DNA from: Escherichia phage EC.P2
Sequence record: PQ631072.1
Length of the DNA stretch: 64,000 nucleotides
Reading direction: 5' to 3' (one strand)
The notes under the pieces: generated by a model
The model's input: only the letters and a program-made list of their open reading frames with translations
Databases searched by the model: none
Told to the model about the DNA's origin: nothing
Position numbers and translations under genes: made by a program
Part shown: positions 18,160 to 26,888 of the stretch, in pieces
How the letters are laid out: every line of letters starts with the position of its first letter
Numbering within the stretch: position 1 is the first letter of the stretch

Positions 18160-18618
18160 ATGCAAGAGGTTAAACATTATCCACATGGTCGTAGTTTTGT
18201 AGCTGTATGGCATGTTCCTGCTCGTAATGAACTTTTTTGTGCATCTTTTCATTATAAAGATGGACAATATTTCACCTATGACGAAACGATGGATGATTTT
18301 ATCCCAGAGTGCGATCATGGGTATACACCAATGTTCTTTAAACGTATGAAAGCTCGTTTCTTCGTTACAGATGTTGATGGTGAACCTACTTGGCACATCG
18401 AAGAAGATTGGCAAGATTCTGTGGATATTAAAGAAGCCCCAGAATGGGCTACACTGCTGGTACACGTCAAAACCCCTACCCTTGACGTTATGGCGTGGGT
18501 TAATCATGATGATACCCATTTCCAATACATAAATAGTAGCACAGAGATTTCTGGTGAGATTATTGGTCGTTGGAAACCTACGAATCAGGTTGCTATTGTC
18601 GGGTATAAGACTGTATAA
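18160..18618 (+). CDS. Hypothetical protein (152 aa)
   Basis: ORF with RBS aaggag. Confidence 0.55.
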   Translation: MQEVKHYPHGRSFVAVWHVPARNELFCASFHYKDGQYFTYDETMDDFIPECDHGYTPMFFKRMKARFFVTDVDGEPTWHIEEDWQDSVDIKEAPEWATLLVHVKTPTLDVMAWVNHDDTHFQYINSSTEISGEIIGRWKPTNQVAIVGYKTV

Positions 18619-18619
18619 T

Positions 18620-18814
18620 ATGAAAAATAGTATAGATTGGGATGATTTATCCGATTTTGAAAAATGGTTCTTAGGTAGTGGTTGTTATGCAGATGGGGAT
18701 CTCGAAAGAGATCCTTCTGGAAACTACACTATGCCATTAACCCAAGGTTTTTATGAGTGCTGGTGCGCAGCACAAAACAACGTACTGAATAAGGAGACAA
18801 CACAATGCAATTAA
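18620..18814 (+). CDS. Hypothetical protein (64 aa)
   Basis: ORF; start trimmed. Confidence 0.45.
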   Translation: MKNSIDWDDLSDFEKWFLGSGCYADGDLERDPSGNYTMPLTQGFYECWCAAQNNVLNKETTQCN

Positions 18815-19044
18815 ACATCGGACAACCAATTTTTGATGAAGATACTGGTCAATATGCAGTGATTGTTGCTCGTATGAGCGGTCATGACCTTATTGTTTCA
18901 GAGCTACTCGGATCAGATCCGCAACTGCGCGTAGTTTGTGACCTATATCTTCGAGACGAAAGTGATCGCATTGCACTGAAAGAAGATGGTATGCTCTACT
19001 ACACCTGGACTAGAGATCCTGGGGTAACGGAGGTAGAGGTATAA
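18805..19044 (+). CDS. Hypothetical protein (79 aa)
   Basis: ORF with RBS aaggag. Confidence 0.5.
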   Translation: MQLNIGQPIFDEDTGQYAVIVARMSGHDLIVSELLGSDPQLRVVCDLYLRDESDRIALKEDGMLYYTWTRDPGVTEVEV

Positions 19045-19343
19045 TGGTAAGGAACAGGGGTTTACATAAAAGAAGACACCTTACTTACTGGCATCGTAAA
19101 GTACATGAACCTGTATCAAAGAAAGAATGGCAATATCTGCCTTATGGGAAGGAGCGAAGAAAGTATTTGTTAGCTCATTTAAGGGTACATGGTTCGCTTC
19201 CTGTTAACAGTAAGTGGCAATTGCAAACAGCTTATGACGAAGATATGAAATATCTGTTAAAGAGAGGCATTATTTGCCTTGTTAAGATAGGTAGATGGAA
19301 ATCTCGTCAATCTTATATCGTACTTAAACAGGAGAAACGATGA
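19044..19343 (+). CDS. Highly basic hypothetical protein (99 aa), possible nucleic-acid binder
   Basis: Arg/Lys-rich composition; inference only. Confidence 0.45.
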   Translation: MVRNRGLHKRRHLTYWHRKVHEPVSKKEWQYLPYGKERRKYLLAHLRVHGSLPVNSKWQLQTAYDEDMKYLLKRGIICLVKIGRWKSRQSYIVLKQEKR

Positions 19344-19591
19344 ATATCAAAGATGTTGTAGCCTACGTAGAAGATGAAGTTAAAAACCATACAAGTTTAC
19401 TGAAAGTAATGGTTGTGGTTAAAAATGGTGTTGGACAAGTAAACGTACAACATGTCTTATCTGACACTGTATACAATGTGTTTGAATGCAAAGAAACACC
19501 TCATGGAGTACGTGTGGTTTATATTGATAACAATTTCAAAGAATGTGTGAGACATACTTTAGAAAATGAACTAAGGATCACAATCCTATGA
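19340..19591 (+). CDS. Hypothetical protein (83 aa)
   Basis: ORF overlapping neighbours (ATGA). Confidence 0.5.
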   Translation: MNIKDVVAYVEDEVKNHTSLLKVMVVVKNGVGQVNVQHVLSDTVYNVFECKETPHGVRVVYIDNNFKECVRHTLENELRITIL

Positions 19592-19761
19592 GTTATTATG
19601 TTGTACCTTATGCCAATAAGTGGAGAGTAAGAGAAACTTGTTTTCTATTCTCCTGGTGGGCTACATTCGGAGATGGTTGTGGAAATGATACAGGAAAGCC
19701 TGTAGAGTATGACACAAAAGAAGAATGTGAACAGTGGATAAAATTAACACAAAGATGTTGA
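19588..19761 (+). CDS. Small Cys/Trp-rich hypothetical protein (57 aa)
   Basis: ORF below track cutoff. Confidence 0.35.
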   Translation: MSYYVVPYANKWRVRETCFLFSWWATFGDGCGNDTGKPVEYDTKEECEQWIKLTQRC

Positions 19762-19814
19762 CACGATCTTAACTTCTTGTTAGTATCAATGTGTACTAAC
19801 GATAAGGAGGGTTC

Positions 19815-20039
19815 ATGAAGTCTGTAAACAAGTTGCAACAATTTTTGTTATCAACAGCAATCTTTTTGCTTTTGTTAATTGGTATTCTGTATGGTGCAGC
19901 TAACTTATACAATCTACACAACAATGTAGAACATAACATAGAGAAGTGCACCATTCTAAAACATAATAAACAAGCAGAAGATTTCTTAAAGAATAAGTGT
20001 TACAATTACGTTGATTATGAGGAGACAAACAATGATTAA
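19815..20039 (+). CDS. Small single-pass membrane protein, TM-paralog 2 (74 aa)
   Basis: EKCTILKHNKQAEDFLKNKCYNYVDY versus EQCIVFKHQRNAEKFLALDCNRYVSY in ORF 15744. Confidence 0.5.
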   Translation: MKSVNKLQQFLLSTAIFLLLLIGILYGAANLYNLHNNVEHNIEKCTILKHNKQAEDFLKNKCYNYVDYEETNND

Positions 20040-20274
20040 AGAATTAGGCATGCGAGTATACAGTGAGTGGACTCCAAGCAATGGCCCAGGAATTGTTGCA
20101 GCTAAGTGTATCAATGGTCGTATTGAGTACCTGGAAGGTTATGAAGATAATGAAGAGTTAGTAGATTATGCTAAATCTTTTATTGAAGATGATACAGACT
20201 TTATTGTATTATATGATACAGGAGAGTTGGAGTATGGATATGATGGAGATGGGGATATCTTTGAACTTCAATAA
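20032..20274 (+). CDS. Hypothetical acidic protein (80 aa)
   Basis: ORF with RBS ggag. Confidence 0.5.
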   Translation: MIKELGMRVYSEWTPSNGPGIVAAKCINGRIEYLEGYEDNEELVDYAKSFIEDDTDFIVLYDTGELEYGYDGDGDIFELQ

Positions 20275-20481
20275 GAGTAGTAAGTAAGATATAAAGAGTA
20301 TATAGTTAGTTATAGAGTTAGTAACATTACATATACTCTTTCCATGTATAACATGGAATATTCTCTACCTCGCTATCGCTCGGTATATAAGATTAGGGTA
20401 GCATGTTTTTTACGAAAAGTAAAACTGTTTGTACCGATTGATAGCAGGTTTTTAATAGATTTTATCTATGAGGAGTAGAAA

Positions 20482-20700
20482 GTGTACAAATTATATAAAG
20501 CAAAAGATAAGTTTACGGGTAATACATCTGGTTTCTATGTAACACCTCGTGGTGTTGCTGTGTTCGATTGGATCTCTGGTACTCCAGATCGTGAAATGAT
20601 CTCTCTTGTAAAACTGTCGGAACAAGAGTACACTTACGGTGACATTACAACATTCTATTCTCGTGCAGAAAATCCAAAACTGATCGCGGAGTGGGAATAA
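20482..20700 (+). CDS. Hypothetical protein (72 aa, GTG start)
   Basis: ORF with RBS gagg. Confidence 0.4.
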   Translation: MYKLYKAKDKFTGNTSGFYVTPRGVAVFDWISGTPDREMISLVKLSEQEYTYGDITTFYSRAENPKLIAEWE

Positions 20701-20963
20701 TGGTTACACGATATGGCTTAGAGGTGTACAGCCAAGGTGCTGCTGGTCAATGTGATATTGTACCAGATCCAGAAGGGGATTATGTTCTTCTTGCTGATTA
20801 CAATAAGCTAGAAGAAAGACTTCTGGCTGTGTATGCTAAAGAGAACAAAACAATCTGCCCTTATTGCAGTGGAATGGGTTGGGTGGTTGCAGATGTTGGA
20901 CAAATGTACGAATGTGTGCCTTGTAAAACCACAGGATTTATTGAAAAGGATACTGACAAATGA
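20700..20963 (+). CDS. Hypothetical protein with C-x2-C ... C-x2-C (87 aa)
   Basis: CPYCSG ... CVPC pattern suggests zinc ribbon. Confidence 0.45.
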   Translation: MVTRYGLEVYSQGAAGQCDIVPDPEGDYVLLADYNKLEERLLAVYAKENKTICPYCSGMGWVVADVGQMYECVPCKTTGFIEKDTDK

Positions 20964-21208
20964 CTGTAGCAGATAAAATGAGAGAACTGGCAGAAAACGC
21001 AGAACTTAACAAAGCAAAGGATAGTCTACAAAATATCTACTCGTATATTGAGAGAGCAGCTAAAGATGGAGACAGAGAAGTTGCTATATACACGCTTTAT
21101 CCAACTTTTGTAAAAGTTAACTTGGATGCTGAAGGTTTTTCAACTTTTATTGATACAGAAACATCTCATTACGACGAAAACTTTACTCGAATAGTTATTC
21201 GATGGTAA
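20960..21208 (+). CDS. Hypothetical protein (82 aa)
   Basis: ORF. Confidence 0.5.
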   Translation: MTVADKMRELAENAELNKAKDSLQNIYSYIERAAKDGDREVAIYTLYPTFVKVNLDAEGFSTFIDTETSHYDENFTRIVIRW

Positions 21209-21313
21209 ATTTCTGATATTTATGCGCCCTGGCTACCTGGGCGTAATAAATTCAGCTTATATTTGATCCGCGCCTTCGGCGCTTAGGCAAAGCCACGCCA
21301 CACAGGAGGGTTT

Positions 21314-21724
21314 ATGTTCAAATGGTTAAAAGGGTTTCTAACATCTTTGGCAGAACCTAAGCAAGATGTTATTAAAAGCTCTATCACAGGGAAACCGCTT
21401 GTTATAGTTACAGGCGGCTTTGGTCATGGGTTTTCTCTTAAACAAACAGATATAGGTTTACAGGGGTGTCTGATTAGCTTTAGAATCACTCAATTAGGAG
21501 ATAATAGACAAACAATCTTAGATCTTTTCAATGGGGAGTTTGATGATTATTTATCTAAGAGTGATAAAGAACGTCTGATCGAGCATATAAAACACCGCTA
21601 TGAGCGTGGTGGTTACTATTTAGAGACAAAACGTAACTCACAAGGTGATCTTGACATAGTTAGCATAGCGTGGGATAATGAATTTAAAACTAAACTTGGT
21701 AAACTTCTGGAGGAGTTATGGTAA
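21314..21724 (+). CDS. Hypothetical protein (136 aa)
   Basis: ORF with RBS aggaggg. Confidence 0.55.
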   Translation: MFKWLKGFLTSLAEPKQDVIKSSITGKPLVIVTGGFGHGFSLKQTDIGLQGCLISFRITQLGDNRQTILDLFNGEFDDYLSKSDKERLIEHIKHRYERGGYYLETKRNSQGDLDIVSIAWDNEFKTKLGKLLEELW

Positions 21725-21900
21725 ATATTAAAACAGGTGATATTGTACGTCTTGCCAGCGAAGAAATGTTAATGACTGTAATGGTATCTACTTACGATAC
21801 TTGCGAAGTAGTGTGGTTTGATGTTAATGAGCAACTACAGAAAGCTACATTTGATAAACGTATGCTTCGTAAAGTTGAAGAAGTGAAGGAGGAAGAATAA
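21718..21900 (+). CDS. Hypothetical protein (60 aa)
   Basis: ORF. Confidence 0.4.
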   Translation: MVNIKTGDIVRLASEEMLMTVMVSTYDTCEVVWFDVNEQLQKATFDKRMLRKVEEVKEEE

Positions 21901-21901
21901 T

Positions 21902-22114
21902 ATGGGAATATTGCTTCGTGTTTTTGTGTTTCTTATGTTCTGGATTATCGTTGGTAACGGTATCGTATTTTTGATTTTTCCTGAAGTAATGACAGGTAAT
22001 GAAAATAAAGCCGTGCCTTACATTATGCTTATCGGTTACGGTATTGGTACACTTGGACTACTGTTTGCTGATTGGTTAATCAATACTTTGTTCTCTAAGT
22101 ACAGGAACAACTAA
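21902..22114 (+). CDS. Small membrane protein, two predicted TM segments (70 aa)
   Basis: Hydrophobic stretches. Confidence 0.5.
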   Translation: MGILLRVFVFLMFWIIVGNGIVFLIFPEVMTGNENKAVPYIMLIGYGIGTLGLLFADWLINTLFSKYRNN

Positions 22115-22115
22115 T

Positions 22116-22388
22116 ATGTCGGAAAACTTACCTAATGTTTTCTTTTGTTTTGTAGATTGTGTTACACAAGAAATTATAGTTGACGAAGAAGGTATGTTTA
22201 CTTATTTTGCATCTGAAGAAGAGGCAAAACTATCAGCTATGAAATGTATAAGCCAAATGTCAGTACCTGCTGTCAACAGGTTCGGTATTGCCCAGGTGTA
22301 TAAAACAGTAACAGAGTTTACACCAGATCGAAAACTAACTTTTCTTAACGTTCACTTTGTTTGTAAGTTTAGTGAACTACGACATTAA
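22116..22388 (+). CDS. Hypothetical protein (90 aa)
   Basis: ORF. Confidence 0.5.
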   Translation: MSENLPNVFFCFVDCVTQEIIVDEEGMFTYFASEEEAKLSAMKCISQMSVPAVNRFGIAQVYKTVTEFTPDRKLTFLNVHFVCKFSELRH

Positions 22389-22402
22389 AAGCAGGAGTAA
22401 AA

Positions 22403-23002
22403 ATGAAAGAATATTGGAGTGGTGAGAAGGGCTTGCTAAAGCCAGGGATGCTTTTGCGAGTAAAGAACATGTTGATCACACAAGATTACATAATGCCTAA
22501 TCCTGGAGCATTAGTAGAATTCCTTACTGCGCGAGATCAACCTGGGGTTGGTGAAATGTGGATTGTAACGTGGATATCTCTCGATAGTAAATTGCGCGTT
22601 GCTCCTATTGACCCAAAACACTTGGAATCTCCTTACGCCAGCATTGATTCTCGGATCATAGATTTGGCTAGAGTTTATAAAGCTAGGACTGGTGTAGAAT
22701 TAGATGTAGAAATTTTAAATCAATGTATTGACTTCTTACCTGAAAAAGTGCATAATGCACAACAAGAAGATAGCAGTTTAGAAGTTATTCTTCTGAATGA
22801 TGGGATGTTCTCTGGTTTAGCATCTGTAGATTTTCCAATAACATTAAGATTGTTACCTGGGGAATACGTACTGGATGAAGATACTATTGCTATATCCTCT
22901 AAAATTTTAGAACTCATTCCAGGTGCAAGGTGTGTTGGTGATACATCTTCCTTGCTGTTCACTCTGAATGAAGAAGCCATTATAGTTAAAAAGGAGAAGT
23001 AA
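22403..23002 (+). CDS. Hypothetical protein (199 aa)
   Basis: ORF with RBS aggag. Confidence 0.6.
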   Translation: MKEYWSGEKGLLKPGMLLRVKNMLITQDYIMPNPGALVEFLTARDQPGVGEMWIVTWISLDSKLRVAPIDPKHLESPYASIDSRIIDLARVYKARTGVELDVEILNQCIDFLPEKVHNAQQEDSSLEVILLNDGMFSGLASVDFPITLRLLPGEYVLDEDTIAISSKILELIPGARCVGDTSSLLFTLNEEAIIVKKEK

Positions 23003-23158
23003 ATGATGACGTTTATTGTTGGTGTTGTTGTTGGTTATTTTGGTCACAAGTATCAAGATGTTATCATCGCTAAAGTTGACGAAGTAATCGAAAAATTTAA
23101 ACACTAATTTTCTAAAAGGCTGTACTATTGTGCAGCCTATCTTTCAAAGGAGAGTAAA

Positions 23159-23333
23159 ATGTTCAAAGATACCAATTATAAATGTGTACATTGTGGTAAA
23201 TCTTTTGGTGATCACCAAGCTAAGACGTTCAATTGTCCACGAAAAGGGCGAGGTAGCTTTAAAGGTTTTAATCCATCCCACGTTTATTCTCCCAACTACG
23301 AGAAACCAGAAGAAGAAAAATTTGTAATCTGAG
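23159..23333 (+). CDS. Small zinc-ribbon-like protein (58 aa)
   Basis: CVHCG ... NCPRKG; RBS aaggagag; below track cutoff. Confidence 0.35.
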
Positions 23334-23341
23334 GAGGAAAT

Positions 23342-23629
23342 ATGGAACTAGTACAAGAAGTTTATGAAAAACTAAAAGAAGAGAATCTTGATTGGCCTGA
23401 ACATGCTCTTATTGTCGTCAAAGATACCAGTGGTGAAATAAAATTCTCAAGTGTAAGTGAAGATGATGTTGTTTTAAGTCCTACAGGATATTATATGAGA
23501 GGTGTTACGTGTCTGTTCAACACCAAAGTGTATCCTGAAGTTAAACTTAGTTACGGTGAACCTGATCATCCAGAAATCGTTACACGTAATGAATATGAAA
23601 ATTATTATTTTGCTCGTGAAAGCAAATAA
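23342..23629 (+). CDS. Hypothetical protein (95 aa)
   Basis: ORF with RBS gaggagg. Confidence 0.55.
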   Translation: MELVQEVYEKLKEENLDWPEHALIVVKDTSGEIKFSSVSEDDVVLSPTGYYMRGVTCLFNTKVYPEVKLSYGEPDHPEIVTRNEYENYYFARESK

Positions 23630-23637
23630 GGAAAACT

Positions 23638-23961
23638 ATGCAAAAAATAAACACTGGTTCTCGTCCTAAACAGAAGCAAACAAAAGCAAGGGTATCTTAT
23701 GTTGATAACTCTTGTTATAATTTTAAAAATGTTAAAGAAGTCATCATTGACGAAAAAGAAGGTTTGATTCACATTTCATCTGAACGTTTGAAAGGTAGTG
23801 TTACTATTCGTGAGAATGTATCTGTACCTATGAAAGTCGTGGCTACACTCTGTGTTGATAAACCAGATGTTGTTAACTACTATGTGTTCCGTGATAACTA
23901 TATTGCATTACATAATAAGATTTTTAAATCTTCGCACGTTAAAACAAAACACATTGTATAA
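23638..23961 (+). CDS. Hypothetical protein (107 aa)
   Basis: ORF followed by terminator. Confidence 0.55.
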   Translation: MQKINTGSRPKQKQTKARVSYVDNSCYNFKNVKEVIIDEKEGLIHISSERLKGSVTIRENVSVPMKVVATLCVDKPDVVNYYVFRDNYIALHNKIFKSSHVKTKHIV

Positions 23962-23966
23962 CACTA

Positions 23967-23989
23967 AACCCGCTTCGGCGGGTTTTCTT
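23967..23989 (+). terminator. Rho-independent terminator (aacccgc-ttcg-gcgggtt + TTTT)
   Basis: GC stem with tetraloop and T-run. Confidence 0.7.
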
Positions 23990-24045
23990 GTATGTATGCT
24001 CTTTATCTGTTATAAACACTTTTAGCATAAACAATAGGAGGTATT

Positions 24046-24267
24046 ATGTCTGTAGTTGTAGAAGGTAGTATTGGTTTCTTAGTAGATAACCCTCACCCTT
24101 TCGTGGTTAAGGTTCATATTCAAGAAAAGGTAAGCAACAATACGTGGCTGTGTTTGTTAGATAGTAAGATACACTCTTATACAGAGGTTTATCTTCACAC
24201 TTGGCAAATTGGTACAATAACAGCAGAGGATGAATTGATAATTGAACTCTATGAACGAGATCTATAG
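24046..24267 (+). CDS. Hypothetical protein (73 aa), last gene of + strand block
   Basis: ORF with RBS aggagg. Confidence 0.5.
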   Translation: MSVVVEGSIGFLVDNPHPFVVKVHIQEKVSNNTWLCLLDSKIHSYTEVYLHTWQIGTITAEDELIIELYERDL

Positions 24268-24349
24268 ATGACTTTACTAGAGAGTATTGTAGTGTTAATC
24301 ATCTTTATCATTATTGTCATAGGATATTTTACAGAAGACTAAAATAAAG

Positions 24350-24377
24350 CCCCTAGAAGCGATTCTAGGGGTTTTTG
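24350..24377 (+). terminator. Rho-independent terminator (cccctagaa-gcga-ttctagggg + TTTTT)
   Basis: 9-bp stem followed by T-run; closes + strand block. Confidence 0.7.
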
Positions 24378-24442
24378 TTTGCATTAGGTAGGGAAACGTA
24401 TTACTAAAATAAAAAGTGCGTTAGAATGCGTTACAGGAGGTT

Positions 24443-24700
24443 TTAGGAATGCATAAAATCTTCTTCAGGGCAGGTTGAGAGATAAGAGATGCACGTTGGG
24501 ACAACAACAACATTATCTTTAAGGTTTTCAACCAAGCCTTTTGTAATTCCAGCCACTGCCCCGTTAATATCTGCTTGACGGATACCAAAGCCTTGTTGTG
24601 CGGATAGATAACAAAATCCCTCGCCTTTCTGTTGATTGTTATTGAAGTAATAAACGTAGTGCATCATAAAATGGTCTTTAACGATTTGTTCTGTGGTCAT
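24443..24700 (-). CDS. Hypothetical protein (85 aa)
   Basis: ORF with RBS aggag. Confidence 0.5.
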   Translation of the reverse strand: MTTEQIVKDHFMMHYVYYFNNNQQKGEGFCYLSAQQGFGIRQADINGAVAGITKGLVENLKDNVVVVPTCISYLSTCPEEDFMHS

Positions 24701-24716
24701 AATATTCTCCTATAAG

Positions 24717-24736
24717 AAAAGGGGCTTTCGCCCCCT
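24717..24736 (-). terminator. Hairpin ggggc-tttcg-gcccc with A-run (minus-strand terminator)
   Basis: Same ggggctttcgcccc stem recurs at 36009 and 49094. Confidence 0.5.
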
Positions 24737-24744
24737 TGGTTAAG

Positions 24745-25557
24745 TTATTTAGTCAAATGATCTTCTATCATTTTTATGAAAGCAGGATTGCTAAAAGCAT
24801 CTGCGGCTTTTTCTCGATAAACAAAGACTCCTCTATCTTCGTAAAGAAGAGTTTCTTCGTAATTAATTCCTGGGTTAACAACAATCATTTTTGTACCCAT
24901 ATTAAGTGCAGGGAATAATTCCCAATTAAAATTGATAACTTGGTTTGAACATCCTACTACAACAACCAAATCTTGCATGGTCAAAGTATCAAACAAGTGA
25001 GCCATATCTGCATACAAAGGTGCAGCCTCACCAAAAAATACAACATTAGGCTTCACCCAGTTATAATCATCTATGTTTATGCTGTTGTAACCAATATCTA
25101 CCAGTGTTTTGTAATCTCCAGGATGCATACGGTAAACTACTTCAGGAAGATATCCGTGCACGTGAATAACCGAATCTCTGTCTACACCTGCTCGCTCTAG
25201 TAGATCATCAACGTTTGTTGTCAAGTTTATTACTTGGTTAGGATATTCCTTAAACCACTTTGCTATTTGAATATGTGCAGCATTAGGTTGTACATCTTTA
25301 AGCTCAACACGTCTTTTGTTATAAAATTCGTGTGTTTTGGCATACAAATCCATACCATTTTCGTCTACACCACCAACCACTGGAAGATCTGGAGATGTTC
25401 TCACACGATAACCTGCTTGGAAAGCTCCAATATCGCAGACCTCTTCTAAATCATATTCTTCCCATAAAGCACGACCACTATCTGTGTCTGTTCGGAATGT
25501 TCGAATCCCACTGTCTGCACTTAAACCTGCACCACTGACAAAAATTACTCTTCGCAT
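24745..25557 (-). CDS. Sir2-family (sirtuin-like) NAD+-dependent enzyme, no zinc-ribbon cysteines (270 aa)
   Basis: GAGLSADSGIRTFR, TTNVDDL, HG and VVFFGE motifs; no CxxC pairs. Confidence 0.7.
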   Translation of the reverse strand: MRRVIFVSGAGLSADSGIRTFRTDTDSGRALWEEYDLEEVCDIGAFQAGYRVRTSPDLPVVGGVDENGMDLYAKTHEFYNKRRVELKDVQPNAAHIQIAKWFKEYPNQVINLTTNVDDLLERAGVDRDSVIHVHGYLPEVVYRMHPGDYKTLVDIGYNSINIDDYNWVKPNVVFFGEAAPLYADMAHLFDTLTMQDLVVVVGCSNQVINFNWELFPALNMGTKMIVVNPGINYEETLLYEDRGVFVYREKAADAFSNPAFIKMIEDHLTK

Positions 25558-26099
25558 TCAATATCCTCTTCGTAATCATCATACCAAGAAGATGCGTCGT
25601 AACGCTCTTCCTCTTCGAAATCCCAATTAATTTCTACTCCAAAATCTAAAAACAATTTAACAATGTTTTCTGTAGAGTAGTATTTATCATAAGCATTAGC
25701 TAGTTCCCAATACTTATCACTCAATTTTTTATAATTAGGATCATTATAATCATGAGCTACTTTATCACCATAATCATACATCTCTTGTTCAGCTTTAAGC
25801 ATAGCTTCTGGTGTAAGAAGATTAGGGAACGGACGATTTCTTTCTTTTAACTTAGAAGCAATCCAGTTTGCAACATTCGCCACTTCACCATCTCGATTAT
25901 CACCTAAACAGCTTGCATAATCTCCATCTTGGTAAGTGCCTAAATCCCCACTGACTTCATGTACAATAGATGAATACGATCCACACGTTTCACAATCTGA
26001 AAAAGTGTCTACTGTTGTAATATCAATAGATAAAACTGGTAAAGCCATAGCTTCTTTCACACAAGCCTCCTCATATAATAACATATCATCAAAACCCAT
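25545..26099 (-). CDS. Highly acidic hypothetical protein (184 aa), co-transcribed with Sir2-like gene
   Basis: ORF with GGAGG RBS; D/E/Y-rich C-terminus; 13-nt overlap with Sir2 start. Confidence 0.55.
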   Translation of the reverse strand: MGFDDMLLYEEACVKEAMALPVLSIDITTVDTFSDCETCGSYSSIVHEVSGDLGTYQDGDYASCLGDNRDGEVANVANWIASKLKERNRPFPNLLTPEAMLKAEQEMYDYGDKVAHDYNDPNYKKLSDKYWELANAYDKYYSTENIVKLFLDFGVEINWDFEEEERYDASSWYDDYEEDIECEE

Positions 26100-26152
26100 A
26101 TATCCTCCAGACAAATAAAGCCCCTGGTTGGGGCTTTGGTTAAGTTTTACGG

Positions 26153-26182
26153 ATTATACCAGACTTTTAAGGTAGTTGTCAA
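26153..26182 (-). promoter_or_regulatory. Consensus sigma70 promoter on minus strand (TTGACA-N18-TATAAT) for the acidic protein/Sir2-like pair
   Basis: Reverse complement of 26153-26182 gives ttgaca ... tataat; followed by GC hairpin 26113-26137. Confidence 0.55.
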
Positions 26183-26765
26183 GTGCTTCTTGATCACCTT
26201 GACAAACATAGCAACGGAAATCTTGAGCAGAAGGTTCTTTGTCCTCTTCCCAATCCCAATAGACAGTACCTTTATAGCGTGAACCTGGGAACTCGAAGTA
26301 TGCTACGTGGGTAATATGGTGTGGGCCACCCCAAAACTCTGTAAAAGTAAATTGAGGATATGCTGCTTTAACTGTATTTTCAAACCAAGTTTTACGATCT
26401 AATGCTTCGTTTATAAAATAAGCATGGCGTTCCATTTCATCCCAATCTTTCCAAACGCATTTTTCATCCAGGGAAAAAACAAAATTCTCACTGTTAAAAT
26501 CGTCTGTATCTGATTCCAAAATATCATAATCATATGCGCTAGGTATCCACCATCCAGCTTCTAATAGTGCTTTCGCAGGTACAAAACCTTTTTCAGCGTA
26601 TTGATCAAATTCTTTTACTCTACGTACAGTGCAGTATTCATCTTCACCACCAATGTCCAGCATACAAGCGCCTTTGCGTCTTGCTGCAAGACCATGTGTA
26701 TCAAAAACTACAACACTACCTTCACCATCTTCACGATCTACTTGATATGCAACTTTTTGAGTCAT
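26154..26765 (-). CDS. Hypothetical protein (203 aa)
   Basis: ORF. Confidence 0.55.
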   Translation of the reverse strand: MTQKVAYQVDREDGEGSVVVFDTHGLAARRKGACMLDIGGEDEYCTVRRVKEFDQYAEKGFVPAKALLEAGWWIPSAYDYDILESDTDDFNSENFVFSLDEKCVWKDWDEMERHAYFINEALDRKTWFENTVKAAYPQFTFTEFWGGPHHITHVAYFEFPGSRYKGTVYWDWEEDKEPSAQDFRCYVCQGDQEALDNYLKSLV

Positions 26766-26888
26766 ATTACCCCCAATGTATATGGGAAATTAACCAAAAG
26801 ATAAATTCCCAAAAACACCAACCAAGAAAAGTTAATGGAATTATAAAAGCTATCAGAGCAGTCTTCCAGCCTTTCCACAATGTTTCCA

